64,000 nt of DNA from assembly GCF_963921235.1 (NCBI RefSeq), contig NC_086102.1, positions 44,268,001-44,332,000 on the forward strand, written 5' to 3'. Below the pieces are notes generated by a model. That model was not told the origin of the DNA. It saw nothing but the letters and a program-made list of their open reading frames with translations, and searched no databases. Both the position numbers and the translations under genes were made by a program. This stretch comes from Mobula hypostoma. Its lineage: Eukaryota. Numbering within the stretch: position 1 is the stretch's first letter; every line of letters begins with the position of its first letter. Positions 1 through 12,743 of the stretch are shown here, in pieces.

Positions 1-540
1 GGGTCTCCCTGCCTTCCCACAGCCTGCAAGAGCAGCATTGCACTATCCTGCCTGGCATCTCAATTGTCCTAGCTGAGCAGATATAAAGAGGGGAAGAAAA
101 AAAACTTAACCTAGAGCTCTACTATTCTTTTACTTTCTCTGACTAAAGCCTCTCTTTGCAGAAGCCTCAAAGAGTTAAAGCCTCAAGTCCACCACTCTGA
201 CTCTGTCCACTCAGAAAACAGCCGCTGAGACGATGGCCACTGCGCTTCCCCTGCCTTCCTTTAACTTGCTCTTGCTAATCAATCCCAAACGCTGGTTGTC
301 ACTGGTCAAAACTCTTTTTCGCTCTAGTAACTCGCTGCTGCCTTTTATCCTCGAGCAGTTGATCTGATTGAGGTCCCTTCTTCTCAAAACTTTCAATGTC
401 CAGCTTGGTCGCTGACCAAAGCTCTTTTTCGCTGTAGTGACCTACTGCTGCCTTTTAGCCTCGAGCAGTGGACCTGATTGAAGTCCCCTCCTCTCAAAAC
501 TTCCGATGTCTGGATTGGCTGCTGGTTAAAGCCCATTTTC
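1..540 (-). mobile_element. CR1-type LINE 5' end (5'UTR and start of ORF1), running off the window edge
   Basis: The minus strand near 58 reads MPGRIVQCCSCRLWEGRET, resembling the Cys-rich CR1 ORF1 N-terminus. The upstream UTR has a 110-bp tandem duplication. Confidence 0.6.
300..530. repeat. Two-copy tandem repeat, period 110 bp
   Basis: ctctttttcgct at 312 and 422; tgctgccttt, cctcgagcagt and ctctcaaaactt recur at the same offset. Confidence 0.85.
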
Positions 541-547
541 CAGATGA

Positions 548-835
548 GGGAGGCACAATAGCATTGTGGTTAGGACAATGCTTTACATTACAGATGACCT
601 AGGCTCATTTCCCACTGCTGCCTATAAGGAGTTTGTATGGTCTCCCCATGACCGTGTGGGTTTCCTCTGGGTGCTCTGGTTTCCTCCCACAGTCCAAAGA
701 CATACCGGTTGGTAGGTTAATTGGTCATTGTAAATGGTCATGTGATTAGGTCAGGGTTAAAGTGGGTGTTGCTGGGTGGTGTGGCTCAAAGAGATGGAAG
801 GGCTACTCCACACTGTATCTCAATAAATAAAAATC
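548..835 (+). mobile_element. V-SINE (HE1-like tRNA-derived SINE)
   Basis: tRNA-like head, central V-domain gggtttcctctgggtgctctggtttcctcccacagtccaaagacat, A-rich tail. Confidence 0.75.
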
Positions 836-910
836 TTTCCACTTTGTGGTATAAAGGATTAGATGTCATAAATATTGTTAGTATATGCATTAAGGAATTT
901 GTAGAAAATC

Positions 911-2756
911 CTCAAGTTCAAAGTAAATTTATTATCAAAGTACATATATGTCACCATATGTCGGTTGTCCATTGTACCCCACAATGACCGGAGACTTGTG
1001 TGGGGGAGTTGTTGAAGTGCAAAAGCCACTGCACTGGGGCAGCTCACTCTCCTGACCTTGGAAGTCCTGGGGTCTTCCTCAGTTGCAGCAGATGACCATG
1101 ACTTCTCCAGCACCTTGTCATGCCCTTTGCTCTCAACGAAGGATTGCAGAACCGTCTTCTTGGCCGTTGGATCTCACTGTTGATCTCATCCACCCCATCC
1201 ACCAGAAATGACTTCCCATGCTAGGACAAGCATGTCCCTATCTCACCGGCATATGAGGCCCTGCTGGTTACTGTCATCTGGGTTAGCCAATCTGTCAAAT
1301 TTGTGTACTGGGATGTAGTCACTGTTGCAGCTACTTGGAGCCACAGGTGAGAGCTGAGTGTCTGGTGGGACCCAAAGGTGAGTGAGCTGCTCCAGAATGG
1401 ACATGACGAGGCCCTTCACCAGAGGTACTACCCCTCCCTGGACACCCCATAGACCCCATGTTACCATATACTACTCTGAGATTTCATTTTCCTGTGGGGA
1501 TTCACAGTAAAAACAAAGAAACACAATAGAATCAATAAAAATATACACACAAAGTTGGACAAATAACCAATGAGCAAAAGAAAACGCATTGTACAAATAC
1601 AGAAATAAAAACAAAATAATAACAATAATAGATAAATAAGTGATAAATAATATTGAGAATATGAGTTGCATTGTCCATGTATTGATTTGAATTATCTTTA
1701 TTACTAACATCCTTCAAATACAAGGTGAGTAAAAATATTTACGTTGTGTCTCCGTCTAAATGCGTAATATGAAATTCATAGTAATTTATAATAAATAATA
1801 TGTACAACAGGACAGTCAATATAACATAGAAATACAGTTGTGTCAGCATGAGTTAAGCAGTCTGATGACTTGGTGGAAGAAGCTGTCCTGGAGTCTGTTG
1901 GTCCTGGCTTTTATGCTGTGGTTCTGTTTCCCAGATGGTAGCAGCTGGAACAGTTTGTGGTTGGGGTGACTCGGATCCCCAGTGATCCTTCAGGCTCTTT
2001 TTACACACCTGTCTTTGTAAATTTCCTGAATAGTGGGAAGTTCACATCTACAGATGTGCTGGGCTGCCTGCACCACTCTCTGCAGGGTCCTATGATTGAG
2101 GGAAGTACAGTTCTCATATCAGGCAGTGATTCAGCCAGTCAGGATGCTCTCAATTGTGCCCCTATAGAAAGTCCTTAGGATTTGGGGGCCCACATCAAAC
2201 TTCAACCATCTGAGGCGAAAGAGGCACTGTTGTGCCTTTTTCACCACACAGCCAGTACGTACAGACCATGTGAGATCCTTGCTGATGTTTATGCCGAGGA
2301 ACTTAAAGCTGTTTACCCCCTCAACCCTGGATCCATTGATGTCAACAGGGGCTAGCCTGTCTCCATTCCTCTTGTATTCCGCAACAAGCTCCTTTGTTTT
2401 TACAACATTGAGGGAGAGGTTGTTTTTATGTCAGGGTGATGACTTCTTCTCTGTAGGCTGCCTCATTATTATTTGAGATTAGGCCAATCAGTGTAGTGTT
2501 GTCAGCAAATTTAATTAGCAGATTGGAGCTGTAGGTGATGACATAGACATGGGTATACAAAGAGTAAAAGAGGGAGCTTAGTACACAGTCCTGAGGGGCA
2601 CCTGTGATGAGGGTCAGAGGGGCAGAGATGAGGGAGCCCACTCTTACCACCTGCCGCCGATCTGACAGGAAGTCCAGTATCCAGCGACACAAGGCAGAGT
2701 GAAAGCTGAGATTTCTGAACTTCTTGTCGAGCCTGGAGGGAATTATGGTGTTGAAA
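911..2756 (-). mobile_element. Rex1/Babar-type LINE 3' portion (RT C-terminus and tail), interrupted at 960-1459
   Basis: RT remnant CRWILDFLSDRRQVVRVG..GAPQDCVLS..KFADNTT (2426-2692), with a (ctttgaa)-type tail near 911-940. Confidence 0.7.
960..1459 (-). mobile_element. About 500-bp retroposon insertion (probably RTE-related) nested in the LINE tail
   Basis: Flanked by gtcaccatat (950-959) and gttaccatat (1460-1469), a 9/10 direct repeat that splits the otherwise contiguous tail. Family assignment is tentative. Confidence 0.55.
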
Positions 2757-3560
2757 GTGAGTCCATAGTTTGTGAAATCAGTTAAGTGAAGTTATCCATT
2801 CTGATTGACAAGAATGGATGGTTGAGGGGTAATAACTGTTCTTTTACCTGGTGGTGTGGAACCTGTACCTCCTTCCTGATAGCAGCAGTAAGAAGAGAGC
2901 GTGACCTCGTTGATGGGGTCCATGACGATGAAAGCTGCTTTCTAGTGACATGCTCCTTATAAGTTTGTTCAATGATGGGGAGGGCTTTACCTGTGATGGA
3001 CTGTGCTGTATCCACTACCTTTTGTCAGCTTTTCAGTTCGAGGTCATTAGTACTTCCATATCAGGCCAAGATGCAAGCGGTCAGTACACTCTCCACCGTG
3101 CATCTGAAGAAGTTTGTCAAAGCTTTAGATAACATGACAAATCTTCGCAAACTTCTAAGAGAGTAGAATGCTGTTGTACCTTCTTTGTAATGGCACTTGC
3201 GTGATGGGCCCAGGATAAAGTCTCTGAAATGATAATGCCAAGGAATTTAAAGTTCCTGACTCTGTCCACCTCTAATCCTCTGATGAGGATCGACTCATGG
3301 ACCTCCAGCTTCCTCCTCCTGTTGTCAATAATCAGCTCTTTGGTTTTGCAGACAATGATTGAGAGGTTGTTGTTGTGGCACCATTCAGCCAGATATGCTG
3401 ATTTGTCACCACCTTTGATTCGGCCAACAACAGTGGTGTTGACAGCAAACTTAAATATGGCATTGGAGCTGTATGTAAACTTACTGTCATAAATAAATAT
3501 AATGTGAGTAGAGCAAGGGGCTAAACACACAGTTTATGGTGCACCTCTGCTGATGTCGTT
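2757..3560 (-). mobile_element. Rex1/Babar-type LINE RT fragment
   Basis: KFAVNTTVVG...KTKELIID...NFKFLGIIISETLSW in ORF 3117-3530; decayed. Confidence 0.7.
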
Positions 3561-5389
3561 GCCAATCCAAAATAATTGGCTCTGTTGTTTCTATATAAAA
3601 AATGAAAAACTAAACACTACCATAAATACATACCAGTTCTACGAGATTTGACAAAAAACTAACAAACTTTTAAACTTCCATTTGTTAGGGTTGGAAAAGA
3701 AACACAAGAAAAAAGGAGTAGGATTAGGCCGTCCGACCCCTTACACCAGCTCCATCCATTAGCATGATAATGGTCTCAGTCCCCAATTCCACGACCTTTC
3801 TATGATTTATCTACCTCCCCTTTACACACTTCTAATGATCTGGCGTCCATAACCCTCTAGAGTAGAGAGTTTGGGAGATTCACACTCCTCTGCAAGTGGA
3901 AACCTCTATATACAATATTTTCAATGATTTATCCCTCACTTCTAAATAATTCTCTTCAAAATCGACACAAATGCCCACAAATAGCCCTTATCTCATAAGT
4001 GTCAAGCATACACAAATGGCAGCAATTTCCATTCAAAATATAACAGCTAGGCCAGATTTAGTTATTTTATACATTCAATCCAAATTTGCTTGTTAATCTG
4101 AAGAGAAACTAATTTACAGTACCTTTCAGGAAGCATATATATGAGACTGCAGTTCTGTGACAGCTTCACAGGTTGACAACTTTGCTCCTACTGAACACTA
4201 GCAAAATTTGCTATTGTTAACTTTGGGACAAAGCAATTACAAATTGATAAACTTGTTTATTTTTCTGAAACAAGAGTTCTTCCAAAGTAAGTTTGGCTCC
4301 AAGCTGTTTCACAGGGACTCCGGAGTGCAGATCTTCTCCATTAGATGGCAGCCTTTCCCTCAATTTAAAGAGATGTCCCTCATCTGAAAACTTGGTGCTT
4401 GCAGTAAATTGGAGGCTTGATGAGAACAAGGATAACGTCCCAGGTAGTATTATTGAGAATGATTAAATTATCATCATCAAAGTGAACCTGAAAAGTATTG
4501 GTTTGAGAAGGGCCTGAGTTAACAGCAATAATCTCTACGGTACGTTGTGGAATCTAGATATTGAACCCATGAACACTAACTCATTATTTTTTAATTTATA
4601 TATAATTCACACTTTTATCCTATTATTATGTATTGCATTGTACTGCTGACGCCAAGACAACAAATTTCACAATTTGTGCCGGTGTTATTGAACCTGGCTC
4701 TGATTGTGCTGTGAACAAGTTCCAGAATACTGGGGCGGAGAGGTTTTAAAACGTTATATGAATGATCCTGGGATTTAGTTTCATTGAAATTGTAGCTACT
4801 AGGAGCACCAAGTTAATTTGGGGATCAGGAAACATAAGGATCTTTGTTTTTAATGGTGGACATTAGAGGAATTTGAATCAGGAGAAAGTAGTTCCAAAAA
4901 TGAATCAAGCAAATGGTAGTTTGGAATGTCAGAGGACTAAAGGCTAAAGGGCAGTTACTATCTGGCAGCATTGTGAGATTGGTTATCAATGATCATGCAG
5001 GGAATCTAAAAAGCCCTTTCTAACCATTTAGGGTCTGATTTCAGCAATGTTTCTCCTTACAGCCTCCTCCTGATTTATCTACAACTTCTGTCTTGTACCC
5101 ACTAGTCAAGAACTCTTTTGGTTTTTGGTTAAAAGCATTTCAACATTACACTTTGAAAGGCAAGGTTGTGCTTCCTGATCTCCAGAAGTTTGCAACAGCC
5201 TGCTTGTAGAAGTGTTGCATCTTGATTTCATTTTCTTTGAATGGCTGAAAGAGCACAACTGTTATTTTGCTTCCTTTAATTTTCAGCAACTAATTGCCAG
5301 TACTAATCCTTGAGAAGTTGCCAAATTTCTTTTGAAACTGGATTGGTTCTGTAGGACGTTACTGTCACTTCAATACTCATCCTATTTGT

Positions 5390-6370
5390 CAAAGTTCAAA
5401 GTTCAAAGTAAATCAGAGTACACACATGTCACCACATACAACCCTGAGATTCTTTTTCCTGTGGGCATGCACAGCAAATCTATAGAACAGTAACTGTAAC
5501 AGGATCAATGAAAGAGCAAGAGCATAGAAGACAAAAACTAGGCAAATCCAAATATAAATAAATAACATAACATAGCATGAGATAACTAGATAAAAAGTCC
5601 TTAAAGTAAGATTATTGGTTGTGGGAACACCAGGAATAGAATGAAGGTAGTTACCCTCTTTTGTTCTAGAGCCTAACGGTTAAAAGGTAGTAACTGTTCT
5701 TGAACCTGCTGGTGCGCGTCCTAAGGCAACTTCCACCTGATGGCAGCAGCGAGAAGAGAGCATGGTCTGGGTGGTGAGGGCCTTCGATGATGGATGCTGC
5801 TTTTCTATGGCAACATTTCATGCAGATGTGCTCAATGGTTGGGAGGGCTTTATCCATGATGTACTGGGCTGAATCCAATACCTTTTGTTGGATTTTCCAT
5901 TCAAAGGCATTGGTGTTCCCATACTAAGCCATAATGCAGTCAGTCAATACACTTTCCACCACCCATCTATAGAAGTTTGTCAAGGATTTTGATGACATGC
6001 CAAGTCTCCGCAGATTTCTAAGGGTGTAGAGGCGCTGTTGTGCTTTCTTTGCTATTACATTTATATGACAAGTCCTCTGAGATAGCGACACCCAGAAATT
6101 TAAAGTTACTGACTTTCTACACCTCTGACCCTCTGATGATTACTGGCTCATGGACATTTGGTTTCCCTCTCCTGAAATCTACAATCAGTTATTTGGTGTT
6201 GCTGACACAGAGTGAGAGGTTGTTGTTATGACACCACTCAGTCTAATTTTCAATCTCCCTCCTGTATGCTGATTCATTACCACCTTTGATAAGGCCCACA
6301 ACAGTAGTGTCATCAGCAAACTTGTATATGGTGTTGGAGCTGTATTTAGTCACACAGTCATAAGCGTCTG
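5390..6370 (-). mobile_element. Rex1/Babar-type LINE 3' fragment with tail
   Basis: KFADDTTVVGLIKGG, CCHRKAASII..HPDHALFSLLPSG, and a tcaaagttcaaagttcaaag tail. Confidence 0.7.
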
Positions 6371-6389
6371 CAGATGATTTGGTCTGAAA

Positions 6390-7000
6390 ATCAAAGTAAT
6401 GCACTTGATTGAATTTTGGAATGGAAAAATTGTTATAAATGGAGATATTGAGTAATATTGGTCTGAAATTGATGGTACTTAGTCCAAGAAATGATCTCAA
6501 TGAATATACAAGATTTGGAGACGGACTGAGAGCATTGATGCTGAGTTACTATTTTTTAAGCTCAGTGGTTTAGAAATAGGTAGCGTTATTCTGAGGATAA
6601 GGGGTCAGCTATTTACTACTAAAGTGAAGAAAAATCCTTACTCTGCTGGAATCCAGGATTGAAGAGTATTGTAAATATCAGTCTTTGCAATACATTCAGG
6701 CTTTATGTAAGTATAGCTAAGCACAAAGGTGGTGGGAACTCTCCAGAATTCTTCATCCCAGGGTGTTGTAGAGGCTGGATCAGTGGAGCAAGGTATTTTA
6801 AAAGGCCACCATAAATTTCTGAAAAATTGGGGAATTGAAGGCAATGTTGAACTGATACAGAGGAGAAGCTGAGGCTTGAACAGAAGAGTAACGATTGTAC
6901 TGAATGCCAGCACGGGTTTGAAGGGCCAAGTGGTCTCCTCCTTCTCCTTTTCCCTTGCATCTTGTTTCATGTGTTTAGGATACAAAGTTCAGTGATCTGT
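6390..7000 (+). mobile_element. Old CR1 3' fragment
   Basis: Degenerate ataaggggtcagctatttactactaaagtgaagaaaaat...; ends gggtttgaagggccaagtggtctcctcc. Confidence 0.5.
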
Positions 7001-8014
7001 TATGGTCTTACTGAACGGGGAAAATGTTGAATGGGGTACATGGCTTATTTTGCTTTTTTCAGAGATAAAAACCAATGTCAAGTCCAATCCTGTTGCCACT
7101 TAATATTTAAGCTTGAGATCCCCGATCAATAGGAGTTACTGGATTATGAGTTCCTGTGTTGATTTCCCTTGTCAGTTTGTCTGGACATGTCAAGAAAATT
7201 GATGGCATTCTAATATGTGTTCAGGTTATGATCAATTAACTTAGTATAGAGCTGACATGATGCAGAGCTGGCATATTTAACATGGTTGTTTATTCCGGAT
7301 GTATTGCTGCCTGAGGAACTATTGGGGGTGAATTAACAGAGATATAAATGGTTATCTTGAAGAAAACATCAGCTGTTTATTTCTTTCCATAGTTGCTGCC
7401 TGACCCGCTGAGTTTCTCCAGCATTTTGTGTTTGGTGCTCAAGATTTACAGCAACTGCAGAATCTCTTGTATCTCTCAATGTATTATCTTTTTGTTTAGT
7501 TCTGACAGTTCTATCATTTTTAATGTTGCATCATTATCCTGTTGTTACACTGAATGTAATGTAACACAATATTCTGGAGAGATGAAGATTACAGGAACAG
7601 ATGACCCCTCTGAGTTCCCCATATGGAGGTTTGTGTTTGATCTCATTTTCACTGACTCATACAGTGAGATAGCTCTCATACAGCTCTGTTTGAAATCTTC
7701 ACAAAAATCTCAAATTTGCTAACCTTTTTTCATCTCTGTCCAATAATAATAACGGTTATTCTTTCGTCCTGTCAACTTCCAAGTGGTAATTTTAGCGATG
7801 AAAAGCATCACACATTTTGCAAACATGCAGGTTAGAAATTCTAGAAAAGGATAGCCTAACTACTTTGGTTCTTTTTCCTGTAATGAAAAGGTAAAATGCA
7901 ATGCCTGTAGAATGCAGCATTCAGGTAAAAATGTTTAAGAAATTTTCATTTGTTATTGACCAGACATAACCAGACATCAAATAATTTACTCAAAGACAAA
8001 ACAATTCATAGCAG

Positions 8015-10760
8015 TTACGATGGCGCCGATAAGCGGCAAAGCTTTGTGTGCAGCTCCAGTGAAAATGATCATTTATTCCTGTTTAGGATTACTACAGCTG
8101 AAATCCACATTCACACCCACGAGTACTTCCATAAGCAACATCATTTTTAGACATTTTAAAAAGTCTATCGATCCTCAAAAATCAACGAATCCCAGACTGC
8201 AGACTCAGGTTGCAAGTGCAGTTCCCCTTTGAGAAAATGGAAGTGGGGGTGACATGTCAGGGTCTATAGGTATGAGTCAGATCCAGAGGCCTTAGGCTCC
8301 TGCTCCTGACTATTCTGCTGGTGAATGTACGGTCTCTGGACTTTGGAGCAAGATTGATGTATCTGAGGGACTTTAGGGATTGCTGAGTACTTTGCTTCAT
8401 GGAAACATGGCTATACCCCACCATTTCAGATGCAGTGCTGCAGCCCGATGCCTTCACCATTCTCCACAAAGACAGGACAGCTCAGTCTTTTAAAGGTAGA
8501 GGAGGTAAAGTATGCTTTATGATTCACTAATCATGGTGCACAAATGTAGCAGTTCTGTCTCGGTCCTGCTCGATCGACCTAGAAGATCTAGCGGTTAAAT
8601 GTCATCCATTTTATTTGCTGAAGGAGTTTTCCACCATCTTCCGGGTAGCGGTGTACATTCCACCTCAGGCCAACGTCAGGCAGGCACTGGGGGAGCTGAG
8701 CACTGTCATCAGCAGGCATGAAAACAGCACAACCTGATCCCTACTTGATCGTTGTGGGGTATTTCAAACAGGCCACCTTGAAGATGTCTCTGAACAACTA
8801 CCACCAACTTATCACCAGAGGAGCCAACACTCTGGACCACTGTTATACTACAATCAAGAACGCTTACTGTACCATCCCACACCTATGCTTTGAAAAGTCT
8901 GATCATGTGGCTGTACTTCTATTTCCAGTGCCTAGGCAGAGACTAAAGACCACCACCCCAACGGAGAGGATGAAGAAGAAATGGTCAGGGGAGGCAGAGG
9001 ATCGCTTCCAGGACTGCTTTGAATCAGTGGACTGGTCATTCATTTTTGAATCTGAAATGACTGCCACAGCTGTCATCAACTTCATCAAAAACCTGTGTGG
9101 ATGAGTGTGTGCCTTCAAGAACAAACCAGACATACTGTACTCAAACCATAGGCCGTGGATCAACCAGGCAGTTTGTAGTCTTCTGAGGGCTAGATCTGTG
9201 GCATTTGAGACTACAACCTACGGAAGGCTATTTTAAGGGGGGAAAAGTTCCATTTGAAGTTAGGGATGGGATTGAATGCATGTCAGCTCTGACAGGGTTT
9301 GCAGGCCATTACTTCCTACAAATTGAAACCAAAAATCGTGAATGGTTGTGATGCTTCACTCCCAGATGAGCTCAATGTCTTTTATGTGTACTTTGAGAGG
9401 AAGAATAAAATGACACTCATGTGAATCCCTGTCATCTCTGTCTCTGAGGCCCACGTCAGAACATATTTCCGGAAGGTGAACCCTCACAAGGCATCAGGCC
9501 CTGATGGTATACCCTGCAGGGTTCTGAATCCCGTGCCAACCAACTGGCAAGAGTCTTCAATCTCTCACCGCTGAAATCAAAAGTTCCCACCTGTTTCAAA
9601 AGGGCAACGGTCATACCAGTGCTTAAGAGCAGGGTGAGCTGCCTCAGTGACTATCACATTCACATCTTCTGTATTGTGATGAAGTGCTTTGAGAGGATGG
9701 TCATGGCCAGAATCAACTCCTGACTCAGACCTGCTGCAATTTACCTATCGCCAGAATAGGCCTAGAGCAGATGCAATCTCACTGACTCTCCACTCAGCCT
9801 TTGAATACCTGGAGAATAGTAATATCAACATTAGGCTTCTGTTTATTGATTACAGCTCAGCTTTCAACACAATTATACCCTCGGTTCTAATCCATAACCT
9901 CCAAAACCTGGGCCTCTGTACCTCCCTCTGCAACTGGATCCTTGACTTTCTCACCAGGAGATCATAGTCTGAGTGGATCGGGAATAACATCTTTGCCCCA
10001 CTGGCACTCAACACTGATGCACCTCAAGGATGCATGTTTAGCCCACTGCTCTACCCTCTCTACACCCACAATTGTGTGGATAGGCACAGCTCAAATGCCG
10101 TCTATAAATTTGTCGATGACACAACTTGTTGGCAGAATTTTGGGTGGTGATGAGGAGGCATACAGGTGCAAGATAGGTTAGCTAGTTGAGTGGTGTTCCA
10201 ACCACAACCTTGCACTCAATGTCAGTAAGACCAAGGAATTGCTTGTGGACTTCAGGAAGGGGAAGTCGAGGGAACACACACCAGTCCTCATTGAGGAATC
10301 AGCAGTGGAAAGGGTGAGAAGTTTCAAGTTCCTGGGTCTCAACATCTCTGAAGATCTACCTTTGACCCAATATATTGATGCAATTACAAGTAAGGCATGG
10401 CAGCTGCTATATTTTGGTCTGTCACAAATGACACTCACAAATTTCTACAGGTGTACTGTGGAGATCATTCTAACTGGTTACATCACCATCTGCACAGGAT
10501 TGGAAAAAGCTGCAGAAAGTTGTAAACTCAGCCAGCTCCATCATGGGCACTAGCCTACCCAGCATCGAGGACACCTTCAAAAGGTAATGCCTCAACAAGG
10601 CAGCATCCATCATTAAGGACTCCCATCACCCAGAACATGCTCTCTTCTCACTGCTTCCATCGGAGAGGTGGTACAAGAGCCTGAAGACACACCCTCAATG
10701 TTTCAGGAACAGCTTCTTTCCCTTTGCGAACAAATATTTGAATGGACAAGAAATCTATGA
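8015..10760 (+). mobile_element. Long degenerate Rex1/Babar-type LINE (APE endonuclease and RT)
   Basis: APE remnants ILLVNVRSL, LCFMETWL, AVYIPPQA, TLDHCYT; RT remnants FIDYSSAFNTI, DAPQGCM, KFVDDTT, FKFLGLNISEDL. Many stops and frameshifts. Confidence 0.8.
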
Positions 10761-12285
10761 ACACTCCCTTTCAGCACCACCCTTCTTCGCCTGGCTAAAC
10801 TGGTCCTCACCCTCAACAACTTCTCCTTCGGCTCCTCCCACTTTCTCCAGACACATGGGGCAGCCATAGGCACCCGTGTGGGGCCCCAGCTATGTCTGCC
10901 TTTTTGTTGGCTATGTAGAACAGTCCATGTTCCAAGTCTTTCTCATTAATGCTCTTCCTCTGTTACATTGATGACTGCATTGGTGCTGCTTCATGCACCC
11001 ATGCTGAGCTTGTCAATTTCATCAACTTTGCCTCCAACTTCCACCTGCCCTTAATTTCATTTGGTCCATTTCTGACACCTCTCTCCCCTTTCTCGATTGC
11101 TGTGTCGCCATCTTTGGAGACAAACTGTCGACCTTCATCTGTATGGCTATCAACATATACCTCTTCCCACCCTGTCTCCTGTAAAAATGCTATTTCCTAC
11201 TCTTAGTTCCTTTGTCTCTTCTGCATCTGTTGCCTGGATGAGGCTTTCCCTTTCAGGATATTAGAGATGTCCTCTTTCTTCAAAGAATGGGGTTTCCCTT
11301 CCTCCACCACTGATGCTGCCCTCACCTGCGTATCCTCCATTTCCTGGACATCCACCCTCACCCCATCATCCTGCTGCCTTAACAGGGATAGAGTTCCTCT
11401 TGTCCTCACCTACCATGAGCCTTCAACATAGCATTCTCCGCAACTTACGCCATCTCCAAAGGGATCCTATCACCAAACACATCTTTACCTCAACACCACT
11501 CTCTGTTTTCTGCCAGGAATCGCTCCCTCCGTGATTCCTTTGTCCATCCATCCCTCCCCACCAATATCCCTCCCAACACTTATCCCTGCAAGTGGCCAAA
11601 ATGCTACACCTGCCCATTCACCTCCTCCCTCACCATTCAGGGCCCCAAACAATCCTTCCAGGTGAGGTAACACTTCACTTGCAAATTTGCTGGTGTGCCT
11701 CCTCTGCATTAGCGAGACCCGCTGTAAATTGCGAGAACCACTTCATCCAACATCTATGCTCCAGCCATGAAAAGAAATCTTCCAGGTGGCCCAACATTTT
11801 AATTCTGATTCCCATTCCCATTCTGACATATTATCCATGGCCTCGTCTTGTGCCACAATGAGGTCAACCGCAGGGTGGACGAGCAACACCTTATATTAGG
11901 TCTGGGCAGCCTCCAGCCTGATGGCATGAACATTCATTTCTCCTTCTAATTAAAAATATTTCCCTCCCCCTCTCTCTTTTTCTTTTCCCCACTGTGACCT
12001 ACCACTTCTTCTTACCTGCCTATCACCTCCCTTGGTGTCCTTCCTCCTTCCCTTTCTCCTTTGGTCCACTCTCTTCTCCACTCAGATCTTTCCTCTCCAG
12101 CCCTTTACTTTTCCCACCCACTTGGCCTCACCTATCACCTTCTAGCTTCCTTCTTCCCCTCCCTCTGCCTTTTCATTCTGGCATCTTCCCACTTTCTCCC
12201 TACTCCTGAAGAAGGGTCTTGGACTGAAATGTTGACTTTCATGGATATTGCCTGACTTGCTGCGTTCTTCAGCATTTTGTGTGAC
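10760..12285 (+). mobile_element. Old Penelope-like element (RT C-terminal half, GIY-YIG remnant, pLTR)
   Basis: LVLTLNNFSF, YIDDCIG RT motif, homology to the young copies at 54-60 kb, and a degenerate hammerhead at 12202-12237. Confidence 0.8.
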
Positions 12286-12344
12286 ACTATCTCACTATCT
12301 TTTCATTTCTTTTTGCACAACTTATTTATTTTTTAAAATATATA

Positions 12345-12743
12345 CAGTACTGGGTAAAAGTCTTAGGCCCACTAAATTTTTTAATATGGTTTTAGATGGT
12401 ATGGCCATGACCTCAACATTATCGAGGCTGTCTGGAATAACCTGGAGAGATGAAAGCAAACAGGACAGCCAGAGTCTGCAGAAGAACTGTGGCAAGTTCC
12501 CCAAGATGCTTGGAACAACCTACGAACCGATTTTCTTATAAAACTGCACAATAGTGTACCTAAAGGAATTGATGCAGTTTTAAAGGCAAATGGCAGTCAC
12601 ACCAAACATTGATTCTAGTTTTTGACTGTCTACTGCTCTTTATAGTAATTGTTTCATATTTAGAAACTTTTCAATTCATTATTTTTGAAAGCATCTTCCC
12701 TTTACAGATTATTTTACATGTCAAAGACTTTTGCACAGTGGTG
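12345..12743 (+). mobile_element. Tc1/mariner internally deleted element
   Basis: TA on both sides. TIRs cagtactgggtaaaagtctt and aagacttttgcacagtggtg. Internal DLNIIEAVWNNLER is a Tc1 transposase C-terminal motif. Confidence 0.8.

Noticed and set aside
4100-4500. Possible exon of a neighbouring gene such as CD58 or CD2 (ORF 4217-4429)
   Set aside because: Splice-like sites occur on both strands, but every frame closes early and there is no Ig pattern.
7390-7465. Penelope tail fragment as a further ribozyme
   Set aside because: Only sequence downstream of the cleavage site is present; there is no core.
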